Part shown: piece by piece, positions 52,511-64,000 of the stretch
Numbering within the stretch: position 1 is the stretch's first letter
Layout: each line of letters opens with the position of its first letter
Origin: Octopus sinensis
Lineage: Eukaryota
Length of the DNA stretch: 64,000 bases
Direction of reading: 5' to 3'
NCBI RefSeq assembly: GCF_006345805.1
Contig: NC_043019.1
Span: 24,117,360-24,181,359, forward strand
Translations under genes and position numbers: made by a program
Notes under the pieces: model-generated
What the model was told of the DNA's origin: nothing
The model's database searches: none
The model's input: only the letters and a program-made list of their open reading frames with translations

Positions 52511-52564
52511 TTGTTGTTGTTATTATTATTATTATTATCTTTATCATCATCATCATCATCATCA

Positions 52565-52619
<55 letters not shown>

Positions 52620-52626
52620 CATGTTT

Positions 52627-52715
<89 letters not shown>

Positions 52716-52869
52716 CAATTACACGAACTACACTTTTTGCATCGTCAAAGTTACGTCTATGCTTCTTAATGTTAAATATGTTTGTCTCCCATTTTAATAT
52801 TAATGTTTATCTTCAAGACTCCCTATGTAGCAATCTTATTTGTGTTATGATTATTATTGATATTACTTA

Positions 52870-53950
52870 GCTTTCTTAAAAAAATATTGCTTGTGTTTAT
52901 TTTCACTGCACTCTCTATTAAGGCCCATCATATTTGATATCCTATCATTCCCGGGAATTTATTAGTATTTTGATTCTGGATATGTTAAATTTTGTCCTCG
53001 TACCTAGTTTCAGAAAATGCATCTTTACTGTACATTTCATTTTGTGCAAATACTTTCTCATTAGCGGAAAGCCTCCACATATATGTTGATACATTTTCAA
53101 CAATAGAATTTATTATGTTTCTAGGATGCTTGGAATTTGTATTCACATAACTTAAACACTCATTCAGTTTATGATGTGGCTGGTATAATCCTGTACTTAT
53201 ATCCAGAGTTACACCGAAGAAAATAACCTTACTACATTTATTTTCTGTGGAAATAGACAGACCAAGATGCTTAAAGAATTTTAAAACTTTTTTTCCTGGA
53301 CAATTTAAGGTTAATCTTACTAGACCTATGGATACTGGGGCCAATCAGTCTAACTTTTCGGATTGATATTAAAGGCAGGTTTATGGTATTTACGTTTATT
53401 CTGATGGTTTTGAGGTGAAAGATTCAATTCGATCTTTCGCTAGTAAAAATTCAATTACCTCTTTCACAAATAAGTTAATGTTAAATAAGTTTTCCTCAGA
53501 AGCTGTTTATGTTCCTTCATAATTTCTTTTCTAGTCTAAAAGAGGTATAGTTCAGGTTCTATATGATAAAAATTTCCTGTTTTATCAGCGTGGACAAGTA
53601 GTCCCGATTAACTTCTAAATTCCTTCGTTAGATGAGTGTTCTTTTCTCAAAGCGAATTGGTGAAATTTAACGTTCTTAACGATATTCCAAAGTTCATCTT
53701 CGAAATCAGCCTATGTTAGATTATACGGTGGAATCCTTCGGGACGCAAATATATGTTTAGTGATATTATCATTGTTCATGTATTTGTTTTGCAAGATTCC
53801 TGATGTGAAATTGTCTGTTGAAATAGATATTTTTGTATTTGAGGATGGTTTTATTTTTCTTCCAAATCACCACGTGCGCTATATACTCGTTCTTCACTTC
53901 AGCTTAATTAATATTCTTATTTTAGCGTCTTTTGTCTGAAATTTTTCGTC
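52870..53950 (-). mobile_element. Decayed Penelope-like element, RT region
   Basis: LVHADK, then FFGVTLDISTGLYQPHHKLNECLSYVNTNSKHPRNII..RLSANEKVF, the typical Penelope RT FLDV..SNHP signature. Confidence 0.75.
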
Positions 53951-55154
53951 ACTCATCCTGTGACCTCTTCAACAATACTCCATCCTATGAGTCTTCTGTT
54001 CTGTTTAGCCTATTCTGTCTTGCTGTGGTAGGTATCCTTATCTGCGCATGCGTTTGCGTCTGCATCTGTCCGTGTGTGTACTGTGCGCGTGTGTATATGA
54101 GTTTACTATATATGTATGTATGCATGTCTGCAAGTGGTTCGAAAAAAGGATCCTGATAGAATGAATACGAGACAGAATATAAGTAATGCAACTGATATTT
54201 TCTCACTTATTTTTTTTTTACTAAAACCTTCACGGGTGTGCCACAGCATAGTGGGAGTCCAATGTTGAAACAAGTAAACAAGTAAGAGGGGTTTGAAAAA
54301 ATATTTAATTTCGACGTAGGGGAATAGTGAAAAGTAAATTAATATTACTCAATATTTGCAAATTAGTTTCACTAAATATGACAGCTTTAAATGATTTATC
54401 GCTAAATATATTTTGCAAATAAAGTAATATAGAAACTAATTGTAAATTTATTACAAGTAGCATGCAATTTTGTAGGTGTTGAAATATCTGTTACCTATTC
54501 ATATTGTCAAATAGTCTTTATTTTATGTACTTCCAGATTGAGAAAAGAATCATCTAATTCCTATATTCATACACTAAAATGAATACCTGGAGCATTTTAC
54601 TTTGAGATGAGTATATAAATATATATATTTTTTTTACTGCAGTCATAAGATATTTTACTGTGTTTTTCCTTTATTGAGAAAAACAAGGTTTTCTTAGCAG
54701 ATAATAGAAATGCTGGATTACTGGAATGATGTTTCTTTAAATTTGAGATTGTGATAGATTGTGAAGTTACTGATCACAGTCAACAGCTTATTTATACTGT
54801 TCCATCATCGGAGTTGCATTGTTTCTTTGACCATGATTCAGATTACCAAGATGTAATTTATCATCATTGTATGCTTGATCAGTGTTTTGTTGTGTTCAAA
54901 TCCATCACTAACCTGATATAGTTTAAAGTGACGATTTCCTAAAGGCAGTGGAACTAATCCCTCTTTTGTGTATCTGATTAGTGATATCTTTTACTTTACC
55001 TTAATTTCCCGTGCGTGAAATAAGAATTGATTATATATATAAAGAAACTTTGTAAGTTATACTGCCAGGAGAGAGATCTGTAAAATTAATTAGGATTTTC
55101 GGGTACGCCTCAGTCAATGTGATACAAGATAGTCGATTACATATGTAAGATATC

Positions 55155-55167
55155 ACACACACACACA

Positions 55168-55219
<52 letters not shown>

Positions 55220-55493
55220 ATACGCACGCAGACACACACATACATACTACTTATTTAAAAGGACACAATACATGTCTGTAAGTGCTACTAATAGTTTCAT
55301 CTATCTTAGCACATACGATATATATCATAGTTCGTTGATATGCGTTTGTGCGTGATGATTATGTTTGAGATATTTCTCAACATATGAAACGATTAGTATC
55401 ACTTAAGACATGTATTGCGTCCTCTAAATAAATATTTATCTCTCACCAAATGTAGTACTTTTTTGTTGATCTATCTTCCAATGACGGAACAAT

Positions 55494-55560
<67 letters not shown>
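55155..55560. repeat. (CA)n and (TA)n microsatellites
   Basis: Tracts at ~55155-55245 and ~55500-55560. Confidence 0.95.
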
Positions 55561-55562
<2 letters not shown>

Positions 55563-55857
55563 AATTGTTTTGAGAAAGAAAATTTATTAGAAATTCTCTC
55601 ACGATATAGAGTAACTTGGGACGACAGTTTATAAATATGTTTTTTTATAAAAATCCATAAATATATGAATATGTTAAATATATATATGTGTAAAGTAATA
55701 GATTTTAAAGAATCTCCGGATGCAGAGTTAAAAATGTTAAAACAGGCGTGTATAGGTAAAAATATTGGAGAAAGTCTGAAGTGCTAATGGAAACGAAATA
55801 AAAGATACAATAAGCGAAATTAAAATTATTAGAAGTAGGCTGGCAAATTCAACTAAT

Positions 55858-55890
<33 letters not shown>

Positions 55891-57710
55891 AGAACTATCA
55901 TAAATATAGTGCTAATATCGAATGCAATTAGTTCGCATCGTGTAATGAGTACAGAAAAACAGTAAACTCAATATTAGCCAAAAGAATTAACGGTCTCAAA
56001 GTTATTTTTCTTCATAGTCACTATTTTAATGTATTTAATGCGCCAAAATATGATGTAAGTATTAAAATCTGAACGTTTATTATTTCTACAATGTTTCGTT
56101 TAACCGCGCATACACACAGATTCACACACACATATGCACACAAACAAATACATACACATTATGTATGTATATATGTATTATATGTGTGTGAATATGTATG
56201 TATGCGTGTGTATGTATGCATGTCAGTAAGTGGATAACCAGTAATTAACGTAGTATATTTTCAAGCATCCCTAACAATAATGAACATCTTTGATCTTGTT
56301 CAGTAATCTTTCATAAAATTGCAGACTCTTCAAATTCAATAGTTTCTCAAAATGATAATGAAGCAAACAAACGCGCTAACACTATTGCACTAGACTTTTT
56401 ACTTCCTGGATAAGTCGGATTGTGAGTATGATAATGATGGTGTACAATATTTTATCCAATGTTTTTGAGCAATTTCTTAAAACTATGTATCCTTCAAATA
56501 ATGTTTCTGAATCCAAACAAATGCAATCTAAATGTCATTTACATATTAATGACTTGAATGTTGGACTGAACACTTTTACAAAGCGTGACCATTAGTGATT
56601 CTCAATGAAGGATATTATACTAAATAACCATACAAATCAATAATTTATGTTCATGCAGAAATTGCGAAGTGAACCTCTACTTTAGTGCAAAACTTTCCAA
56701 TTTTAGTGATTCGAACAACCAACAGAATTATAAACTTGGAAATAATGTAAATTTTATTTTCCCATTTTCTCATAAATTTCGTATTTAATCATAAACTTTT
56801 TCCTAAAGTGTCTTTTGTAACACAGACTATTTAATTATTTGAGACAGTCATTGTTTCAATTGGAGTAATATCATTCACACTTCAGCTTTCATGTTTTCAT
56901 TTTTGGAATTTGAAGAAATATTTTTATCATATGTATTATATTATACATTAATAAGATTCTAAATATGCCATTAATTAAAAGAAATTGTACAATCCATCCA
57001 AAAAGTCAAAATGAGAGATTGCAAAAATATAGCTGATCATAACTCAATTTTCAATGTCTATTTCGATTTATTTTACAGTTCTTTAATTGATTTTCATCTT
57101 AAGAATTACTGCGTAATCGATGGAATACAATATAATTAATAAAAACATGAATTTATATGCGAGGAACTGATAAGATAATCGGAGAGATGGAGAAAACGGG
57201 GAGGAAAATGAAATTAAATAAAGAAATTCCAGATATTTTAAATAGAAAATACAATAAATTGCTAATTAAAACAATGAAATCAAAATTTCATTGAGACACG
57301 TGACTATCTTTGAGTGGATATTTCGATTTTCAATAAAAGCACAAAAGGCAAAGTCGACTTCAATGACATTAAAAAAAAAAGAGGGTAGAGGATTTAGTTC
57401 ATTTAGTCGCTTCATTGACTGTACTTGGATTGGCTTGCATGAAGGAGCTGTGCTCCCCTACAAGTCCCCTGAGGCCAGTGAGAAAGTTGCATTTAATGTT
57501 ACTCGCGAACGTCAATAGTAGCAGAAAATTTGTACAGAGGTGAGAATTTTATAGGGACGATGTTTGGGGACGCAAGACTTGGAGTTGTAGTTACTGTGAG
57601 ATAACAGTCACCACTAATGTACAGGTAGAAAATGCATATAGAGGGACATCGTAACCCAAGGTAAATTATTGTTTAATGTTGCTAAAGGAACGGTTGGGAA
57701 CAAAAATCCT

Positions 57711-57774
57711 TTTTAGAAACTAAACGTTAAAGAATCGAGCATTAGCTCGATTCTTTAACGTTTAGTTTCTAAAA
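57711..57774. repeat. Perfect inverted repeat, 30-bp arms, 4-nt loop
   Basis: TTTTAGAAACTAAACGTTAAAGAATCGAGC-ATTA-GCTCGATTCTTTAACGTTTAGTTTCTAAAA. Confidence 0.97.
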
Positions 57775-58079
57775 GCAAGACATTCTTTATCGTTTATTAT
57801 TGTTCAAGTTTGAAAATAAAAATAAGCAGAGCTGAAATTCATGATAATCTTTTCCACTCTCGATACAAAACGAAAAATATATATACAGTTGTTGTCACAT
57901 GATGACGAAACCCGTATATCTAGAAAATTGCTGCTGTTGATGCCACCATTTTTCTATTATACCAAGTGTATCATGTGATGCAAACCATTAAACAGTGCTA
58001 TTGCTTTTACTTTTCTTTCAGTATTACTACAATATTTACAATTTAAAGATTATGGAAAATAGTTAATAGCAGAAAATTT

Positions 58080-58601
58080 ACATCGGCTGCATTCGGATCA
58101 AGTTCTTCAAATGATAGTTAATAGTCATAGTACTAACATTAAATTTAGGTGGAAAGTTATGTAAATGTGACAGCAGGATTCTTTGCAAGTATTGCTTCCA
58201 ACATTTCATCTCCCGCACTGGAGAGCCGTTCTGATCTAGGTTCATCAAACTGAAATTGATACATCAGAATTATTCAAAACAAATTCTGCAAGTGCATTCA
58301 TACACTACGTTTGGACCATAAGCTTTTTGAACATTCCTGGCTGCTTAGCTTGGATTAGGATGTCGATGAAGCACGTAAAGCATAATATGGAGAATGTTCT
58401 TTACTTGGTTCTATAATGATGAATTCGCCATATACAAAATAAAATTTCTTCACGCACAAAATAAAAACATGGTTGTTACTCTATGGAAACTCTTCATGAA
58501 ATGATTATGCATAATTGAGTACCTTCAATCTGTATAGCATTTAAAAATTGGCTTCAACAGGTTCATATTCGTAATCAGACAGAACTTTCAATACAACCTG
58601 A
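58080..58601 (-). mobile_element. 5' half of a decayed mariner transposon
   Basis: TIR-like TA|TCAGGTTGTATTGAAAGTTCTG at ~58601; KNILHIMLY..AARNVQKAYGPNVV..CRICFE..DEPRSER..LEAILAKNP helix-turn-helix remnant. Confidence 0.7.
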
Positions 58602-59120
58602 TAAGTTAAGGTGTATGTTAAAGGGCTTTTTCACTCAACCCTGATTTCTGAAAACACATCCCTTATAAGTTGAACTCCGACCAACTTTTGAGATATTACT
58701 CTATACATTGGCTAGAGCTATACCTCCGGGTTTTGCTTTAACAATATGACGAAACCTGTGTATTTTTAGAGATGCTGAAATATGGTACCTTTCTTCTTGC
58801 TCACTTAGACAAGACAGTACTTTCATTGGTCACGTTACCAGCCTCATTAAATCTCTTCTCTACAATTTTGCACCTACTAAATGCCTCTTTTACTGCTAAA
58901 ATTACGGCTAAAGTTCAAAAAAGAAAATTTTGTTTCTCACTATGTATGGGAAAGAAAGTACATTGCATTCTAAATGAGTTCTCCGCAGAAAATACGTATT
59001 AAATGTATTACCTCAGGTATACTTGGTAAATGTCTAAAGTTTTAAGAGCAATAAGTACGTCTGTTTACGACAAATACAGATAACAACAACAACAACAACA
59101 ATAATAATAATAATAATGAT

Positions 59121-59596
59121 AAGGGCTACAGCAAATATTCTGCTCAATACCACATATTTGCTTGTCAGTTGCTTGACCTTAACCAATTGAACATTTCCCT
59201 CTGTGGCTGACGATATGTGCATCTCTGATCACGAGCAGAGGTAATGAGGTAGCATCATAGCAATGTGTTGAGAGGAAATCTTTGGGGCTTGGATAATTCA
59301 CCTTTGGAAACATGGGTGTTTCGTTCGACATCCTTAAACAACCCTTATTCAGAGACCATTCGATCTGGATGGGCTACTCGACCTGACGAAAATTCTAACT
59401 GGGTCCCACCTGCAAGGTCATGTGCTGTTTATCTTGATATGAAATCAATATGTCGCGTAATTTATGGTTGTGATGCATGTGCCTGGTGTACCCTTATCAG
59501 ACGGGTAGTCATGATAGGTATACTCCACTTCGTATATTTTACCCTGTGTCACTTTGATGGCATGCACTGCTCTCTCTCTCTCTCTCTCACTCTCTC
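59121..59596 (+). mobile_element. 5'-truncated copy of the ~550-nt module
   Basis: Begins at GGGCTACAGCAAATATTCTG (about 100 nt into the module) after (AAC)(AAT)n; ends CTCTC(AAT)n. Confidence 0.85.
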
Positions 59597-59618
59597 AATA
59601 ATAATAATAATGATGATG

Positions 59619-59675
<57 letters not shown>

Positions 59676-59689
59676 TAATAATAATAATA

Positions 59690-60420
59690 AATGGAATACA
59701 CTCAACGTGTAGATTATGTGGTACTATGGAACAGGCTCAAAATGTAGGTAATGGGTACTCAAGGAGAAACGGCCGACCACTTTGTGTCTGGGTGTGTCAA
59801 AACAGATAAGACCAAATACTGCAATATATCCTTTGGAAAATATGTGAGCAGTATGGGGAAAAAATGTCTAACAACTTTTGATCATTTTCCCGAACCAATC
59901 ATTGAAGTTGACCATATCAATATTCTCTTGGATTTTACAATTTATAACGATAGAACAATTTAGGCAAATTACACAGATGGAACAATAAAAAAAACATAGG
60001 AATAAAACACATTTTCAGACTGATATGGCTACGGACAACAATGTCGCAGTCAAAGAACTCAATAAAATATAGGAATACAAAGACCTAACTATGGAAATCA
60101 CCAAAATGTGGGAGACGAAAACCAGTACGATATCTGTTATCATAGAAACACACAGGGTACTAAAGACAGGGACAGAGACATTTGTAGATATGATACCAGT
60201 AAAACCAAGTTTAAAGAAAATACAAAAGAAAGCCCTAACGAGAGCTGCGCACATTTTACAAAGAAGACTATCGCAATAAATCACATATAACACTATATGT
60301 ACACTTTTTTATCCATTCCTGGCACTTCCCGACATCATACTTGTCATCTATTATCTGAATCAGGTGTCAAGGTCGCGACAATAGATAATGTGTAAATACA
60401 GCAGATATCAAGGAAATTTC
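59690..60420 (+). mobile_element. R4/Dong 3' fragment (family G)
   Basis: ETADHFVSGC..ILLDFTIYNDR..YKDLTMEITKMWETKTSTISVII..ILQRRLSQ*; unique 3' UTR. Confidence 0.75.
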
Positions 60421-60508
60421 TTAATAGTAATAATGATGATGATGATCCTGATGATGATGATGATGATAATGATGATGATGATGATGATGATGATGAAGAT
60501 GATGATGT

Positions 60509-61062
60509 ATGCAGTACCAGGCAGAGGTTCTCAATACCCTGATGCAGTATCAGGCAGTGGCTCTCATGGCTTCTGCTCTTAACTGATTGTTTTGTCTTGC
60601 TATAAAAGATGGGCTATAGCAAATGTTCTGCTCAGTAGATTTGCTTGTCAGTTGCTTGACCTTAACCAGTTGAGCATGTCCCTTTGTAGCTGACGATATG
60701 TGTATCTCTGATGACAGGCAGAAATAATGGGAGAGCATCATAGCCATATGTTGAGAGGAATTATTTGAAGTTTGGATAACTCACCTTTGGAAACATGGGT
60801 GTTTTGTTCAACATCTTTATACAACCCTTATCCAGGGACCTTTTGAGTAGTATGGGCTAGTCGACCTTAACGGAATTCTAATTGGGTCCCACCTACAAGG
60901 TCATGTGCTGTTCATTTTGATATGAGATCACTATGTTGTTCACATATGGTTGTGATGCATGTGCCTGCTGTACCCTTATCAAACGGGTAATCATGATGGG
61001 TATACTGCGCTTCGCCTATTTTATCTGAGTGTCATCTGATGGTATGCACTGCTCTCTCACTC
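60509..61062 (+). mobile_element. ~550-nt module copy with a short 5' duplication
   Basis: ATGCAGTACCAGGCAGAGGTTCTC followed by ATACCCTGATGCAGTATCAGGCAGTGGCTCTC; tail switches to (ACT)n. Confidence 0.85.
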
Positions 61063-61091
<29 letters not shown>

Positions 61092-61094
<3 letters not shown>

Positions 61095-61935
61095 AAATGC
61101 TATAAAACAAATGAAATCCAAACTAAAACTAGAACAACAACGGACCATGATAAAACGATGGCAAGAAAAGCCCCTTCATTGCAAATACTGGGCTAAACTA
61201 AATTCAAAAGAAATAGACAGAGAAAAATCACAACAATGGTTGAGAAGCTCGGGACTCAAAGCAGAGACAGGGATTTTTAATTGCAACACAAGACCAAAGC
61301 CTCCCCACCAGAAATTACCAAAAATATATAATGAAAAGAAACATAACTGTAGAATATGTGGAGATGGGCAAGAAACAATAAATCATATTATCTCTGGCTG
61401 CCTAGTCCTGGCTAAGAAGGAATATATTCACAGACATGACAGAGTTGGAACCTCACAGAAAACGAGAAAGCAACCATACTCTGGGATATGCCAATACACA
61501 CAGATAGAGAAATTAAGACCAATATGTCCGATATAGTTGTCAGAAATCATGAAGAAAAACATGCTTTCTAATTGATGTATCAATACCAGCAGATGACAAC
61601 GTTTCTCTAAAAGAAATGGAGAAACTTTCAAAATACAAAGACCTGGAAATAGAGGTAACTCGAATGTGGAATCTAAAAACTGAAACAATTCCTATCATAG
61701 TAGGCCCATTAGGTATGATAAAAACAATATTCGGACAAATACATAACAAAAACATCATGACTTACAAATATATATAACATACAGAAATTTGCACTACTTG
61801 GTACCACACATATCCTACGCAAAACACTTTCAATACAGTAACCTTAAGTGCATCAAACCAAACCACAGCACATACCCACGACACACAGAGCTGCGCTCGA
61901 TAGTGAAGTGAAAACACGTTATAAAAATAAAACTA

Positions 61936-61938
<3 letters not shown>
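61092..61938 (+). mobile_element. R4/Dong 3' fragment (family A)
   Basis: RWQEKPLHCKY..WLRSSGLKAET..CRICGDGQETINHIISGC..YIHRHDRV..NVSLKE.EKLSKYKDLEIEVTRMWNLK; 3' UTR ends ACTACTG(AAT)n as at 36946. Confidence 0.92.
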
Positions 61939-62000
<62 letters not shown>

Positions 62001-62015
62001 TAATAATAATAATAA

Positions 62016-62547
62016 GTGGCTCTCATGGCTTCTGATCTTAATTGATTGGAAGTGTCATCATGTACATTGTTTTGTCTTGGTATAAAAGATGGGCTACAGC
62101 AAATATTCTGCTCAATACCACAGATTTGCTTGTCAGTTGTTTGACCTTAACCAGTTGAGCATGTCCCTTAGTGGCTGACGATATGTGCATCTCTGATCAC
62201 GAGCAGAAGTAGTGGGGGAGCATCATAGCCATGTGTTGAGAGGGATTCTTTGGGGTTTGAATAGTTCACCTCTGGAAACGTGGGTGGTTCTTTCAACATC
62301 CTTAACAACCCTTATTCAGGGACCGTTTGAGCGGGATGGGCTACTCAACCTGAAGAAAATTCTAACTGGGCCCCACCTGCAAGGTCATGTGCTGTTTATC
62401 TTGATATGAGATCACCATGTCGCGCACATATGGTTGTGATGCATGTGCCTGGTGTACCCTTATCAGACGGGTAGTCATGATGGGTATATTGGGCTTCGTA
62501 TATTTTACCCCAGTGTCACTTTGATGGCATGAACTGCTCTCTCACTC
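62016..62547 (+). mobile_element. ~550-nt module copy lacking ~20 nt at the 5' end
   Basis: GTGGCTCTCATGGCTTCTGATC...CTGCTCTCTCACTC(AAT)n. Confidence 0.88.
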
Positions 62548-62569
62548 AATAATAATAATAATAATAATA

Positions 62570-63890
62570 AAGCCTTTACTGCAATAATATCGCAGAGAAC
62601 GAGCAAACACCTTGAAGAAAACCTGTTTCCAGAAGAGCAGAAAGGATGCTGCAAGGGATCATACGGCTGTAAAGATGAGCTACTGATCAATAAAGCCATA
62701 ACTGAAGACAGCCGCAGAAAGAAGAAGGGTCTAAGTATGGCCGGGATCGATTACCGAAAGGCTTTTGATAGTATCCCCCACACATGGATCCTAGAAGCTC
62801 TAGCCATGAAAAGGGTAGCACCAATAATCATAAAATATATTAAACATTCTATGAATAAATGGCAGACAGTGCTACAGCGCCAGAAAAGCGGGACTCGTGA
62901 AAACCAAAGCCATCGCCATTAGAAGAATATTTCAGGGCGACACGCTCTCTCCACTCCTTTTCTACTTGGGTCTGACACCTTTACCTGCAATGCTAAACAG
63001 AACTGGATGTTAATACAACTGCTACGACGAAACAATCAATCATCTCTTGTATATGGCTGATTTAAAACTGTATGCTGCAAGTGATAAACAGCTGGAAAAA
63101 TTACTACAGGCAGTATATGGATTTACCAAAGAAATAAGCATGAAATTTGGCTTAGAAAAACGTGCAAAACAACCCTGAAAAGAGGAAAATTAGTCAAGAG
63201 TAGCAACATAACACTAGATAAAGCAAATGAAATAAAATTAGACCAAAGCCAGACATACCAATACTTAGGAATCAATGAACCAGATAGAATAAAACACACA
63301 AATGAAAGCGAAGATAAGAAAAGAATACTATAGACGAGCTAGATTAATACTTAAAACAGAGCTCAATGTGAAAATAAAGATAATAGGTATCAACACTTTA
63401 GCTGTCTCTGTTATAAGTTACAGCTAGAATGTTCTTAACTGGAATAATCAAAATAGACAGGAACTAATCAAATTAGACCGGAAAACAAGAAACATTATGA
63501 CAGGATCTAGGATGCACCACCCAAAATATCACATAGAAAGGTTATATATGCAACGTAGTGAAGGTGGTAGAGACCTTATACAGCTTGAAAACTATTACAA
63601 AGTAACCACCATAAGACTACAGAAGTACCTATTTCAGAAGCAAGGAAAACTAATACAAATAGCCACAAAACACGAACAAAACAAAAAAACTGTTTTCAGT
63701 CTTTAAGGAAGCTGGCAAATACAAAAAAGACGGCATATTACTTAACAACTATGAAGAAAAAGAAGAAGCAACAAAAGCTGTAAAACAACTGAAATCCAAT
63801 TTAAAACTTGAACAACAATGGGTCATGATAAAACGATGGCGAGAAAAGCCCCTTCGTGGCAAATACTGGGCAAAAGAAATAGACAAAAGA
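62570..63890 (+). mobile_element. R4/Dong RT-region fragment (family A-like), truncated at both ends
   Basis: EEQKGCCKGSYGCKDELLINKAI..IDYRKAFDSIPHTW..IFQGDTLSP..NHLLYMADLKLYA..YLGINE..MHHPKYHIERLY..GGRDL. Confidence 0.92.
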
Positions 63891-63892
63891 TT

Positions 63893-64000
63893 TCCCTTGT
63901 CTGCTGGAAGTATTATGATGGAATTGTCACTCTGTAGTCTTTTGATAGCGAACATTTCTTCCTTAGTGATGTTTGGTTTAGGAGGTTTTTCTTTTCCTAG
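63893..64000 (-). mobile_element. Penelope-like RT fragment running off the window end
   Basis: PPKPNITKEEMFAIKRLQSDNSIIILPADKGN (PADKG motif). Confidence 0.8.

Noticed and set aside
54735-54930. ~63-codon stop-free plus-strand frame (FEIVIDCEVTDHSQQ...)
   Set aside because: No start codon, no convincing splice pair and no recognisable domain; the length is within chance expectation.
57400-57660. Cadherin-like phrases on the minus strand (YAFSTCTLVVTV, FSPLYKFSATI, NATFSLASGD)
   Set aside because: They fall in three different frames with stops and lack the DRE/DxNDN motifs; likely chance.
58080-59000. Possible host gene exon(s) on the minus strand
   Set aside because: The protein-like part resolves into a frameshifted mariner N-terminus; the remainder has stops in all frames.

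Overview
AT-rich, microsatellite-dense eukaryotic DNA. It is most likely from a coleoid cephalopod (Octopus-like), inferred from the SINE types and the load of Dong/R4 LINEs. No intact host gene, tRNA/rRNA gene, operon or CRISPR array could be supported, and most track ORFs are translations of simple repeats. The window is a transposon graveyard: tRNA-headed SINEs, four Tc1/mariner remnants, a MITE with an 8-bp TSD, and Penelope and CR1-like fragments. The dominant feature is a set of co-oriented stacks (30.4-44.7 kb +, 47.5-52.5 kb -, 59.1-63.9 kb +) of 5'-truncated R4/Dong-clade RLE retrotransposons from at least six families, joined by (AAT)n tracts. Interleaved with them is a non-coding ~550-nt module with a recurrent 5' start, a structured 3' end and an (AAT)n tail. 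This module is the best candidate for an undescribed microsatellite-targeting non-autonomous element. Other highlights are a 3x tandem ~2.09-kb composite (35.6-41.7 kb), a head-to-tail ~556-bp concatemer folded back into a ~2-kb palindrome (27.3-29.3 kb) with Helentron/HINE-like ends, and two short perfect palindromes (48,085-48,121 and 57,711-57,774) that suggest template switching. All calls were made by eye, family labels A-G are my own, and boundaries are approximate unless a TIR or TSD is quoted.
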